Part shown: piece after piece, positions 19,361 to 29,153 of the stretch
How the letters are laid out: every line of letters starts with the position of its first letter
Position numbering within the stretch: the first letter of the stretch is position 1
Source of the DNA: an uncultured Candidatus Methanogranum sp.
GTDB taxonomy: Archaea; Thermoplasmatota; Thermoplasmata; Methanomassiliicoccales; Methanomethylophilaceae
Direction of reading: 5' to 3'
Assembly (NCBI GenBank): GCA_963676045.1
Contig: OY780938.1
Coordinates: forward strand, 200,915-264,914
Length of the DNA stretch: 64,000 bases
Notes under the pieces: model-generated
The model's database searches: none
What the model was told of the DNA's origin: nothing
What the model saw: only the letters and a program-made list of their open reading frames with translations
Translations under genes and position numbers: made by a program

Positions 19361-22229
19361 CCTGAACGCATCTCAAAGGAATATAGTGGATCATTTAGAC
19401 GGAATGATAGTGGTAGATGCGGGACCTGGCACAGGCAAGACCAAGACCATCGTCGAACGTTACATCAACATATTGGAACACGGGGTGGACCCAAAGGATG
19501 TGATACTGTTAACATTCACCCGCAACGCAGCACAAGAGATGGAGGACAGGATAAAGGGCAGGATGGTGCATTCCAAGAATTCGGAGAAATCCAAGGACGT
19601 GAGGGCAGGGACCTTCGATTCATTCTGTTTTTCAGTTATAATGGAATCTCCAGAGGCTGTAAGCAGGTTCTTCGGCATCAATGAAAGGTTGACGAGGAGT
19701 GCCAGGACAGTTGAGAACGAGACCCTCAATAAGGTATATTTCTCCGATTTCATGGATCGTTTCCTCGCAGATAAAGGAGTGGATTACGGCGCGTACTCGA
19801 TAATAGCGAGTCAGCATTATGCAGAATTATATGGTGTCATAAACAAGCTGATGTCGCGCGGTGTCACTCCTGTAAGAGATGGATGGTTCGGGGGGGATGA
19901 TGGCAAGGTCCTCTATGGAGATAAGGATCAGATGTCTCGCAGGATCAATGCGTTGAACGATATGTTAGATGGGAATGAGTATGAGCTTTCGAAGTACATG
20001 TCCAGCAATACCGATGGCAAATATGCGCCGATAGATCATGCATTCGATGGGACGATGCCCTTATCCGAAGAAATGATAAACGAGGCGATCAACGACGATC
20101 GGACCCTTTTGATCAAGCTCATACATGATGTCTACTACGATTTCATAAGGCGGTCGATAATAGATGATAGGCTCACATTCGGCCTGGTATCATCTTTTGC
20201 ATTCGTGGTGCTATATTCAGATGAGAACGTCAGAGATAGGATGCGCTGCAGATATCTCATGATCGACGAATTCCAAGATACCAACAGCAATCAGTTCATG
20301 ATCGCTTTGATGCTCTTGAAGGAACCAAACCTATGCGTTGTTGGCGATTGGAAGCAGGGCATATATGGCTTCAGATACGTTTCCACAGAGAACATAACAA
20401 GATTCCACGAAAAAGGCCGTAATTTAAGGACATTCCTGAATGAAGACAAGGCTCGTGTACCTTTTCATATCGATGAATGCGAATCAATGTCGCTGGATAT
20501 GAATTACAGAAGTTCCCAGCAGATCATCGACAAGGCATATGATGCCCTCAAGATACCCGCTTACAATGGAGAGGAAATAATATTGGGAAGTGTGAAAAGG
20601 ATATCCGCAGCAAAGGAATACCTCAACGAGCATACAGGTATCGAATGCATCCTGGCAACTTCATACGAGAATGAGATACAAGAGGTCCTAAGGAGGATAC
20701 AGAAGTATGTTTCCGATGGCAATTACGAGATATGCGATGACGGACCTCCACCGAGGGCAGTCCGTTATGATGATATTGCCATACTCTGTAGGAAGACCTC
20801 GCTGGCTAGAGGGATATTCGAAGCCGCATCATCCGCAGGGATACCGGCCTTCTTACAGGGCGATGTCGACATCATGGGTTCCAGAGAGGGAAAACTATTG
20901 CTCGCATGGCTCCGCTATATAAACAATGAGAGCGACCCATGGGGGATATGCACGATACTCGTGGATCAGGGGTATCCACTGTGCGAGATACGTGAGATCA
21001 ACGAAGCAGGGGCGTCAGCCATACCTTCGGAGATAAGGGAGAAGAGGCGGGAGCTGGTGTTGAAGAAGCGCAGGGTCACCAGTCTCATCTCGTCCATATT
21101 CGATTATTATCAATTGAACAATGACGTAACGCAGACAATAATCTCTGTATTGTCATCGGCGCATAGGAATTCATTGCTCACAGTGTCGGACATAATACGT
21201 ATGATCGAGACGGACATAGAGAGTTCAACGGTATATCCAGTGGACTCATTCCTCAATAGGCAGGCCGTCACTATACAGACGATACACAAATCGAAGGGTC
21301 TCGAATACCCGGTAGTCATCGTTGCAGGGTTCAACAAGAACTCATTCCCTAGTACAAAGGGAGATTCATCAGAATACATATTCAACGATATGACAGGGAT
21401 AAGATCGAAGAGCCAGGTATGTCCTATAGACGGGAACAACTTCAATATAATGGCATCATGGAAGACAAGACTGGTGATGAGATGCATAGACAAGGATTAC
21501 AGTGAGGAGAGAAGGCTCCTATTCGTCGCGATATCCAGGGCAAAGCAATATGTGGCGATCACATCATCCAACCCCTCCTCGTTCTTCGTCGGGCTGTCAG
21601 AGGGAGTAGGTATTACCAGTTCAGGAAAAGAAAAGGTATGTTTGCCGTACAATGAATATTCGGAGTCGATGATCGACCCTCCTGAGATCAAGGGATTCAC
21701 AAAGAGAAGGAGGAACATCGGCGTCCATGATATACTCCGTTTCGAAGGGGAGGATGCACCTCCAGAGGGTTCGGATCAGGTTTGCGGGAAAGGCATGGAA
21801 TACGGGATAAAGGTCCATCATGCCGCGGAGTTGATGGCGAGGGGTATACAGTTAGACAGCGAATATTCAAAGCTGCCTGAGGTCGAGGAGATCGGAAGGG
21901 TGCTTGATTCTGTGAAGGATGCAGTTTATATTGAATCGGAGATAGAATGCGCCTTGCCATTCAATGATATGAACATAACGTTGAGGGGCATAATAGACCT
22001 ATATGCGGAATTCTCAGACCACGTGGAGATACATGATTACAAGACGGACGTATCCGATGTGTTCGAGGGCGAGTACAAGATGCAGTTGAGCGTATATGCT
22101 CATGCAGCTGCAGAGGTCACAGGCAAGAAAGTACTATGCATAATCGATTATGTATCACAAGGTAGGAGCATATCGTTCTCTCCGTTGGAAAAAAGGTATA
22201 TAGAGATCCGTTTGGCGGATTACTCATAA
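19353..22229 (+). CDS. AddA/UvrD-like SF1 helicase with C-terminal RecB-type nuclease
   Basis: Helicase motifs GPGTGKT, LMIDEFQDTN, VGDWKQGIYGFR, NYRSS, TIHKSKGLEYPVV and LLFVAISRAK. C-terminal nuclease GIIDLY...EIHDYKTD...QLSVY. ATG 19353 overlaps the upstream stop by 8 nt; an alternative ATG lies at 19326. Confidence 0.85.
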   Translation: MDDLNASQRNIVDHLDGMIVVDAGPGTGKTKTIVERYINILEHGVDPKDVILLTFTRNAAQEMEDRIKGRMVHSKNSEKSKDVRAGTFDSFCFSVIMESPEAVSRFFGINERLTRSARTVENETLNKVYFSDFMDRFLADKGVDYGAYSIIASQHYAELYGVINKLMSRGVTPVRDGWFGGDDGKVLYGDKDQMSRRINALNDMLDGNEYELSKYMSSNTDGKYAPIDHAFDGTMPLSEEMINEAINDDRTLLIKLIHDVYYDFIRRSIIDDRLTFGLVSSFAFVVLYSDENVRDRMRCRYLMIDEFQDTNSNQFMIALMLLKEPNLCVVGDWKQGIYGFRYVSTENITRFHEKGRNLRTFLNEDKARVPFHIDECESMSLDMNYRSSQQIIDKAYDALKIPAYNGEEIILGSVKRISAAKEYLNEHTGIECILATSYENEIQEVLRRIQKYVSDGNYEICDDGPPPRAVRYDDIAILCRKTSLARGIFEAASSAGIPAFLQGDVDIMGSREGKLLLAWLRYINNESDPWGICTILVDQGYPLCEIREINEAGASAIPSEIREKRRELVLKKRRVTSLISSIFDYYQLNNDVTQTIISVLSSAHRNSLLTVSDIIRMIETDIESSTVYPVDSFLNRQAVTIQTIHKSKGLEYPVVIVAGFNKNSFPSTKGDSSEYIFNDMTGIRSKSQVCPIDGNNFNIMASWKTRLVMRCIDKDYSEERRLLFVAISRAKQYVAITSSNPSSFFVGLSEGVGITSSGKEKVCLPYNEYSESMIDPPEIKGFTKRRRNIGVHDILRFEGEDAPPEGSDQVCGKGMEYGIKVHHAAELMARGIQLDSEYSKLPEVEEIGRVLDSVKDAVYIESEIECALPFNDMNITLRGIIDLYAEFSDHVEIHDYKTDVSDVFEGEYKMQLSVYAHAAAEVTGKKVLCIIDYVSQGRSISFSPLEKRYIEIRLADYS

Positions 22230-22242
22230 ATAATCGTAAGTG

Positions 22243-24855
22243 ATGTTCTGGTTGATGGCACCCGATGGACTCACCGAGAAGGAAGTGAAAGACAGAGAGG
22301 ACATTGGGAATGTGAATTCCTTCGAATCCGCAGTAAGTCGGAGTTATGCCGATATCATCATCAAGAATCTCTGTACATCCTTCAACCTCATACTTCTCAT
22401 ACTGGGTGTAGCGCTCATATGCTTTGGCGAATATTTGAATGCCATTGCGGCCACAGGTATCATCCTGATCAACGTGCTCATCTCCACAATACAGGAGATG
22501 AGGGCCAAAAGAAGGTTGGACAAGATAGCATTGCTTTTGAGACCTAAGGTAAAGGTCATAAGGGAAGGCATCGAGAAGAACATCGATCCTTCGAAGATAG
22601 TGATGGACGATACTATACGGATGGAATCCGGGGACCAGGCCCAGGTTGATGGGACCGTGTTGGAATGCAATTCCTTCGAAATGGACGAATCCCTCCTCAC
22701 AGGAGAGTCCAGCACACGTAGGAAACACGAAGGGGATACCATTTATTCAGGTGCGTTCTGTGTCACCGGGGATTGCTATTACAAGGTAACAGCACTCGGA
22801 CAGGACACATTCGCATCCAAGATGTTATCGAGTGCCAAGAAGTTTGAAAAGAAGAAGACGCCGCTTCAAAGGGAGACCACGACCGTCACCGAGATGCTGA
22901 TGGGTATCGCATTCGTCTATCTCGCTCTGATGGTGATAATGAACATGATCGTCGGCAAGCATGCCGTGGACTCTTTGATAGACTCAGTGATAATATTGGA
23001 CATAGTGCCGATCGCACTGTTCCTTCTGATAACCATAACCTACATGATAGCCGCTGTGCGGATGGCGGATAGCGGAGTGCTATTGCAGAATTCGAGTTCT
23101 GTGGAATCAATGAGTCACGTGGATACCGTCTGCATGGATAAGACAGGTACGATAACAACCAACAATCTATTGTTCGAAGGTGCGGAGTATTTCATTCCAG
23201 AGGATGAAGCGAGATCGGCGATATCCGCATTCGTCTCTGTCACCGGCAGTAAGAATCATACGATAAAAGCGATAGAGAAGGAATATGGTGCATTGCCTTC
23301 TGAATTGATCGATGAGATACAGTTCTCGTCCGACAGGAAGTTCAGCGCTGTCAGGGTGATCAGGTCTGGAGAAGAATGTTCGATATTCATGGGCGCTTAT
23401 CCAATGTTGAGGTCCAGGATAGATTCGGAGATAGACATTGAAGGATTGGTATCGAAATATTCCAAAATGGGACTCAGGACCGTGTTGGTATGCAAAGCCA
23501 AGACCCCAGAATTGTACGAAGGGGATGTGCCAGCCAATTCACGTTTGGAACCGGTGGCACTGATATACATTAAAGACGAGGTAAGGCCTGACTGCAGGGA
23601 GATAATTGGGAAATTCATCGATAACGGAATGGATCTGAAAGTAATATCGGGTGATGACCCAGAGACCGTGGATGCGATATTCTCCCAGGCCAAGATACCA
23701 GGCGATAGGAAGATAATCTCCGGAGAGGAGCTTGATTCCCTACAGGGAAGCGAGAAGGTGGATGCGATACTCAGTACCAACATATTCGGTCGTATGAAGC
23801 CAGATCAAAAGAGCGAGGTCATAAAGACCTTGAAAGAGAATGGAAGATATGTCGCAATGGTCGGTGACGGTGTAAACGATGTAAAATCTCTCAAGACCGC
23901 GCATGTCGGCGTGGCACTGCAAAGTGGTTCCGGTGCAACAAGAGGTGTTGCTGACATGGTTCTTATGGACGACCGTTTCAGTGCGTTGCCAAAGGCGATC
24001 ATTGAAGGTAAGAGGACCGTTACAGGTATGCGCGACATCTTGAAACTATATCTTACAAGGAATTTCGTTCTAGCAATATTGGTCGGCATATTGCTCTTGA
24101 TGTTTCACAGACTTCCACTTTTACCAGTGCAGAACACGTTCTATGCTCTCGTGACGGTTTCATTGGCGGCCTTCCTTATGGCCATATGGGCTAAACCTTC
24201 GGATAACAAGGAGATGATACTTCCAGGGGTGTTGAGGTTCTGTATACCGATGGCGGTTTCAATAGCCGTATTTGGATTGATAATATACTTAGTATTCAAT
24301 CTGGGTGTCTCCAATGGATGGTTCTCAGACATCAACCTATCGGCTACCTGGGATGCATACCATTCGCTCTTCCCCAATAACACCTACAGCGATTTCCTTG
24401 ACCACATGTCCGGATATAAGGGGACCTCTGATGACGTAGCTACGCTTGCGGAGATAACTGCGAGGAATGCCATGCTATTCTTCATTGTGATAGCGGGAAT
24501 AATGGAAATGTTCCTGATATATCCAATATTCGCATTCATGGATCCGAATGGCAGATCCAACAGACAGATATTGCCCATATTGCTGGCATTCCTGTTGTTC
24601 GGCCTTGTGTTCCTGGCATATGACATACCGATCGCATCCGTCGGGTTGTTATCCATCATATATCTGCCTGTGGGATATTACATAATCCTTATCGCATGCC
24701 TCGGAGTGTGGTTCCTCATCGCAATGCTGATGTTGCGTAGCAGATACAGTTCTTTCATGGTAGAGGTTACAGAGAAATCATTCAATAAACAGCTTCAAAA
24801 GGACATTGAAAAGGAGAATAATGGAAAGAGCGATCACAAGTTCTGGAAGCGTTGA
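22243..24855 (+). CDS. cation-transporting P-type ATPase
   Basis: TGES actuator motif, phosphorylation site CMDKTGTITTN, hinge MVGDGVNDV, and multiple TM helices at both ends. Confidence 0.9.
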   Translation: MFWLMAPDGLTEKEVKDREDIGNVNSFESAVSRSYADIIIKNLCTSFNLILLILGVALICFGEYLNAIAATGIILINVLISTIQEMRAKRRLDKIALLLRPKVKVIREGIEKNIDPSKIVMDDTIRMESGDQAQVDGTVLECNSFEMDESLLTGESSTRRKHEGDTIYSGAFCVTGDCYYKVTALGQDTFASKMLSSAKKFEKKKTPLQRETTTVTEMLMGIAFVYLALMVIMNMIVGKHAVDSLIDSVIILDIVPIALFLLITITYMIAAVRMADSGVLLQNSSSVESMSHVDTVCMDKTGTITTNNLLFEGAEYFIPEDEARSAISAFVSVTGSKNHTIKAIEKEYGALPSELIDEIQFSSDRKFSAVRVIRSGEECSIFMGAYPMLRSRIDSEIDIEGLVSKYSKMGLRTVLVCKAKTPELYEGDVPANSRLEPVALIYIKDEVRPDCREIIGKFIDNGMDLKVISGDDPETVDAIFSQAKIPGDRKIISGEELDSLQGSEKVDAILSTNIFGRMKPDQKSEVIKTLKENGRYVAMVGDGVNDVKSLKTAHVGVALQSGSGATRGVADMVLMDDRFSALPKAIIEGKRTVTGMRDILKLYLTRNFVLAILVGILLLMFHRLPLLPVQNTFYALVTVSLAAFLMAIWAKPSDNKEMILPGVLRFCIPMAVSIAVFGLIIYLVFNLGVSNGWFSDINLSATWDAYHSLFPNNTYSDFLDHMSGYKGTSDDVATLAEITARNAMLFFIVIAGIMEMFLIYPIFAFMDPNGRSNRQILPILLAFLLFGLVFLAYDIPIASVGLLSIIYLPVGYYIILIACLGVWFLIAMLMLRSRYSSFMVEVTEKSFNKQLQKDIEKENNGKSDHKFWKR

Positions 24856-25478
24856 TCCTTTTGATAAGGATAATTTCCATTATTGTGCATTTCCACCATC
24901 ACATATGACGCCATTCTCGCATCCGACAATGCGCGATGGTCCTGTTTACCATTGATGCATGCTGGGTCATTATCTTTCAATATCATTTTATATGCTATTT
25001 CGAGTTTTGGCCATCTGTAGTCATCAAAATAATTCATCGATCTGAGTTTGCATACATAAGTTGCTGCCAACATTATGTCCTGGCACTGATTGAATCTGCC
25101 TCTCATGTCCCATGGCGTTTTGAACAGGAATTTGTTAAAATCATATCCTGTATTGTATGATGTGACATTCTTGTCACATAGTATCGATCTTACTTCTTGG
25201 AGCACTTTTTCAAATGGACGACCGCCGTCTACCATTTCAAGGGTCATATCTGTATTTTGGAATATCCAAGCATTCTTTCTATAATCATTCCATGTGCCAG
25301 TGTCATATCCCACAACAGTGGAATATACATCATCCACCGTTCCATTCTCAAGATCGACAGCGCAAATGCCTATATCCACGACGACGTCATCGGGCGCTCC
25401 GAGAAGCCCTGTGGTCTCAGTATCAAGTACATATATCAGGTTCTTAGGTCCTTCATCGAATGAGAACAGATCTTTCAT
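24834..25478 (-). CDS. DEDDh 3'-5' exonuclease (DnaQ-like)
   Basis: Exo I VLDTETTG, Exo II SYNTGYDFNKF, Exo III HRALSDA. Confidence 0.8.
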   Translation of the reverse strand: MKDLFSFDEGPKNLIYVLDTETTGLLGAPDDVVVDIGICAVDLENGTVDDVYSTVVGYDTGTWNDYRKNAWIFQNTDMTLEMVDGGRPFEKVLQEVRSILCDKNVTSYNTGYDFNKFLFKTPWDMRGRFNQCQDIMLAATYVCKLRSMNYFDDYRWPKLEIAYKMILKDNDPACINGKQDHRALSDARMASYVMVEMHNNGNYPYQKDQRFQNL

Positions 25479-26089
25479 TATGTGTCATCTTCCAATTTTT
25501 TTGATATAAGGGAATATTCTTTGAAACAGATTATAACAAGCAACACGGATATGATCAGCGCAATAATCCCAAGAGAAAGGTTCATATCTAATCCGATGTC
25601 AATCTTATTTGCACTGTCGTTGACTTCGGTCGTGGTCTCCCCATCAGGATTTTCGGTATCAGGAGCATAATCGGAAGGGTATTCCAATGTATCTGTGAAT
25701 ATTATCTCAATATCCTCATATACATTGTATATTGTGAAATATGAGTAATAGCCAGATAGATAGGGGGTTTCATATTCGGTGAATCTATAATTGGTGCCAG
25801 TATCCATTTTATCTGTTTCTGGATCATAACTGTAGAACATTATTCCTGATTGGGAAAGGTCATACTTTTCTGAATGGGCCTTAAAGGATAGGATGCCGTT
25901 GCTTATCTGGACCGCATTATTGTCCAGGGGCGTTCCGGTTGTAAAGGTCACTGTTATACCGTCAATGTTCGTATAGTGTATGGTATGGGTCGAGCTATCT
26001 GCATCGACCTCTTCAATAGCGTAAAGGCAAGGGGTCAATAAGGCAACCAAGATGATAATGGAAAGGGCCCCCGATCTCATATTTGGCAC
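25478..26089 (-). CDS. secreted, C-terminally membrane-anchored protein of unknown function
   Basis: Signal-like N-terminus (ALSIIILVALLTPCLYA) and a C-terminal TM (LGIIALIISVLLVIICF). No domain recognised. Confidence 0.45.
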   Translation of the reverse strand: MPNMRSGALSIIILVALLTPCLYAIEEVDADSSTHTIHYTNIDGITVTFTTGTPLDNNAVQISNGILSFKAHSEKYDLSQSGIMFYSYDPETDKMDTGTNYRFTEYETPYLSGYYSYFTIYNVYEDIEIIFTDTLEYPSDYAPDTENPDGETTTEVNDSANKIDIGLDMNLSLGIIALIISVLLVIICFKEYSLISKKLEDDT

Positions 26090-26152
26090 GATGAATTACT
26101 GCTATATAATAAAGGCGCAAATAAGATATTAATGAATTGTCATTGACCTTTG

Positions 26153-26347
26153 ATGTCAGCTACAATAAGAATTGGCAAGGATAACAAGGATGTTCGGATG
26201 GGAGTAACCATTGAATCGGCAATGAGGTCCCTGGGTTTTCATCCCGATTCTTTCTTGTATCTTTTGAATGGGGTCCCAATTCCAATGGACACACCCATAG
26301 AGGATGGAATGGCCATCAAAGCATTGAAAGTAGCATCAGGTGGATGA
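26153..26347 (+). CDS. ThiS/MoaD/SAMP-like small beta-grasp protein ending in Gly-Gly
   Basis: 64 aa. LLNGVPIPMDTPIEDGMAIKALKVASGG is followed directly by the stop, the hallmark C-terminal GG of sulfur-carrier/ubiquitin-like proteins. Confidence 0.6.
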   Translation: MSATIRIGKDNKDVRMGVTIESAMRSLGFHPDSFLYLLNGVPIPMDTPIEDGMAIKALKVASGG

Positions 26348-27178
26348 ACCTCTGGCAATCTCATTGATGGAGGTCAGATCGAGTCCACTTTCAATTGATA
26401 TTTTCAAAAGTTCATCAAGATTATCCATAAATGCCATTCTTATGTCCTTCCCTTCTAGTTTCCCTTCCTTATCTGACATCGAGTCTTCTTCTGGGAATTT
26501 AAGATACATGTAGGGCAGGACCCCTAGGCATTTCATTCCTGTAAGTTCTTCAATGCGATCGATCCCACTTTTCAATATGGACCTTTCTCCTCTGAACCTG
26601 TTTATTATGAAACCCTTCATCAGAGGTTTTTGTTCATCTGGTATCAGTCTCCAAGTACCATAAATGGCTGCGAACACTCCGCCCCTTTCAATATCGCCTA
26701 CAATTATTGCCGGTATGGAACGCGATCTAAGCATTCCGATGTTTGCGATGTCACTGTCCATGATATTCAATTCCACTGGCGACCCTGAACCTTCGCATAC
26801 GACGGCATCGTATTTATCGATCAACCTATCATAGGATTCTTCTACCTTTCTCATGACCATCTTTCTATCCATCGGATCATTTTTTGTGATGTCTTTGACA
26901 GGTTCTCCCCTTATTATCAATTGGATCGAGTTATTTCCAGACGGCTTAAGGAGTACAGGATTCATATCTTCAGTTGGTTCTATTCCTGCAGCCCAAGCTT
27001 GGAACGCCTGTCCCATGCCGATCTCTTTGCCACTTTTTGTGACGTATGAATTCAAAGAAAGATTCGAGGCTTTGAATGGTGCCACTGAGATCCCCATGTT
27101 GTGAAGGTATCTGCAATACAATGCAGATATCGTAGTCTTCCCTGCTCCAGAGGAAGTGCCTAGGAATATTATGTTCAT
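26336..27178 (-). CDS. CobQ/CbiP-like synthetase domain protein lacking the glutamine amidotransferase domain
   Basis: GTSSGAGKT P-loop, FKASNLSLNS, MNPVLLKP and CEGSGSPVELN align with the N-terminal half of the adjacent cobQ. The protein ends at 280 aa without a GATase Cys or His. Confidence 0.7.
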   Translation of the reverse strand: MNIIFLGTSSGAGKTTISALYCRYLHNMGISVAPFKASNLSLNSYVTKSGKEIGMGQAFQAWAAGIEPTEDMNPVLLKPSGNNSIQLIIRGEPVKDITKNDPMDRKMVMRKVEESYDRLIDKYDAVVCEGSGSPVELNIMDSDIANIGMLRSRSIPAIIVGDIERGGVFAAIYGTWRLIPDEQKPLMKGFIINRFRGERSILKSGIDRIEELTGMKCLGVLPYMYLKFPEEDSMSDKEGKLEGKDIRMAFMDNLDELLKISIESGLDLTSINEIARGSST

Positions 27179-28992
27179 TTTTTCACCCCTACAATGTCCA
27201 TCAATCTAGGCATATCTAATCCTGATTCGAATACGTTTGCCATTTTGATTATATTCTCTTCAAGTATGTCATCGTAGTCCTTGACCGCTTCCAATTTTAC
27301 CGGCCTTCCATTGTGCTTTATGAATGACATGAAATATCTTCTAAAAGCAGGTTTATCAAGGCATCCATGAAGATACGTCCCGAACAACATCTCATCCTCT
27401 CTCACGGAGCCTTCGAATTCATTCTTGGGATATCTGGTGATATCAAACAAGGGCTTCTCCTTAACTTCGGATAATCCCATGTGGATCTCATAGCCAACGA
27501 CCTGTTCACCATTGCATATGAGCGTCCCTTCGCTTTGGATGACCCTCTTTTTGTATTCGTTCCATTCTGTGATATTATCGAACAATCCCAATCCTTCCGT
27601 GTCTCCTGGTTCTTTGCCTTCGATGCCGCGCGGATCCCTCATGAGTCTCCCCATCATCTGATATCCGCCGCATATTCCCAGTATCGGGACTTTCCCTCTC
27701 ATTCTCTTGATCCCATCACCGATACCGTTCGAGGCCATCCATCTCATATCGTCGATCGTGTTCTTCGTTCCGGGAAGTATTATGGCATCGCAGCCTTCCA
27801 ATTCTTTCGGGTCTTCAATGTATTTTATAGTTGTATCTTCGAGGTAAAGCGGATCGATATCGGTGAAGTTCGCGATCCTCGGGAATTTTATAACCGCGAT
27901 AACGATGTTACCATTTCCTACGGTGCTCTTTCCTCTGAATGCTTCAGAATCCTCGGATGGAAGGAAAAGGTCCGCGTGAGGTATTATGCCTATCACAGGT
28001 ATCCCTAACATCTCCTCGAGCTTATCCGCTCCAGGCTTTATGTTATCTGGATTTCCACGGATGTTGTTCAGTATGATTCCTTTGATCCTCTTACGGTCCT
28101 TCTCTGGAATGAGTTCTACCGTACCGAGCGCGTATGCGAAAGAGCCTCCCCATTCTACATTGACCACCAAAATGCAATCCGCGTCCGCGATCTCGGCAGC
28201 GCGCATATTGGCGATGTCCTTGTCATAGATGTTGATCTCTGCGGGTGAACCAGCTCCTTCCATTATCACATAATCATAACGGTTCTTCAGGAATTCGATG
28301 TTCCTACGGACTATGTCCTTTCCTGGGCCAGGGACGAATTCATTGTAATATCCTTCCACATCATAATCTCTGAATGGTTCGCCCTCCACCATGACCTGCG
28401 ACCTCGTATCTCCTTTCGGTTTTAGAAGTATGGGATTCATGTGATGGTCGGGGTTCTTCAATCCTGCAGCCTTCGCCTGCAGCACTTGTATCATTGCTAT
28501 CTCTGAGCCTTTCGAGGTTACCTTCGAATTAAGGCTCATGTTCTGTGATTTGAATGGACATACGAGATATCCTTTGTTATGGAGTATGCGGCATATGGCT
28601 GCAACTGTTATCGATTTACCGGCATCGGATGTGGCACCGACCACCATCATCGCTTTGCCTGGATGGAAGAATTTATTCTTTGCGATCGGCAATATGTCCT
28701 TGATAAGCGGGTCCTTTGGGTCGATGATATTTTGCCTCTTCATCTCCGAAATGACGAATCTTCCAACCTCTGGCCGATGGATGAAAAGACAGAAGGTACA
28801 ATTCCAAACATTCTTGTTATGTTTTGATATTATATTTTCTCCAAGATCGGGATCATTGCATGGGTAAAATGGGCAATAGCAGAATGTGCAGTCTTGTCCG
28901 GTGAAATGACAGGGATGATAGGGGCAATCAATATTCGATCCGATCCATCCCTGGTTCATCTCTTCTTTGACCTTGTTGGTTATATTGTCCAT
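27175..28992 (-). CDS. cobQ: cobyric acid synthase with N-terminal cysteine-rich domain
   Basis: GATSDAGKS P-loop, FKSQNMSLNS and MNPILLKP. GATase domain with ILGICGGYQMMG and GTYLHG. The first ~95 aa hold 9 Cys (CPYHPCHFTGQDCTFCYCPFYPC...CTFC). Confidence 0.85.
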   Translation of the reverse strand: MDNITNKVKEEMNQGWIGSNIDCPYHPCHFTGQDCTFCYCPFYPCNDPDLGENIISKHNKNVWNCTFCLFIHRPEVGRFVISEMKRQNIIDPKDPLIKDILPIAKNKFFHPGKAMMVVGATSDAGKSITVAAICRILHNKGYLVCPFKSQNMSLNSKVTSKGSEIAMIQVLQAKAAGLKNPDHHMNPILLKPKGDTRSQVMVEGEPFRDYDVEGYYNEFVPGPGKDIVRRNIEFLKNRYDYVIMEGAGSPAEINIYDKDIANMRAAEIADADCILVVNVEWGGSFAYALGTVELIPEKDRKRIKGIILNNIRGNPDNIKPGADKLEEMLGIPVIGIIPHADLFLPSEDSEAFRGKSTVGNGNIVIAVIKFPRIANFTDIDPLYLEDTTIKYIEDPKELEGCDAIILPGTKNTIDDMRWMASNGIGDGIKRMRGKVPILGICGGYQMMGRLMRDPRGIEGKEPGDTEGLGLFDNITEWNEYKKRVIQSEGTLICNGEQVVGYEIHMGLSEVKEKPLFDITRYPKNEFEGSVREDEMLFGTYLHGCLDKPAFRRYFMSFIKHNGRPVKLEAVKDYDDILEENIIKMANVFESGLDMPRLMDIVGVKK

Positions 28993-29124
28993 ATGTCATA
29001 CCTTACGATAAAAAGGTGTAAGCTTAATCATAATAAGTAGTTTTCAGATGATATGGGGTGATTTGTACATCATACAATCGATATTTTTTCACTTTCGCTC
29101 ATATTCGGTAATCCTGTTGTATAC

Positions 29125-29131
29125 TTTATAA
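29125..29131 (+). promoter_or_regulatory. TATA-box-like element upstream of the mre11-like gene
   Basis: tttataa lies 22 nt upstream of GTG 29154. Confidence 0.35.
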
Positions 29132-29153
29132 GCTGATTCTCAAATCACGGTAT

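Noticed and set aside
22243-24855. P-type ATPase as a functional part of the AddAB-like module.
   Set aside because: Only a 13-nt gap separates them, but the ATPase is a standard cation pump with all housekeeping motifs. Adjacency alone does not support a functional link.
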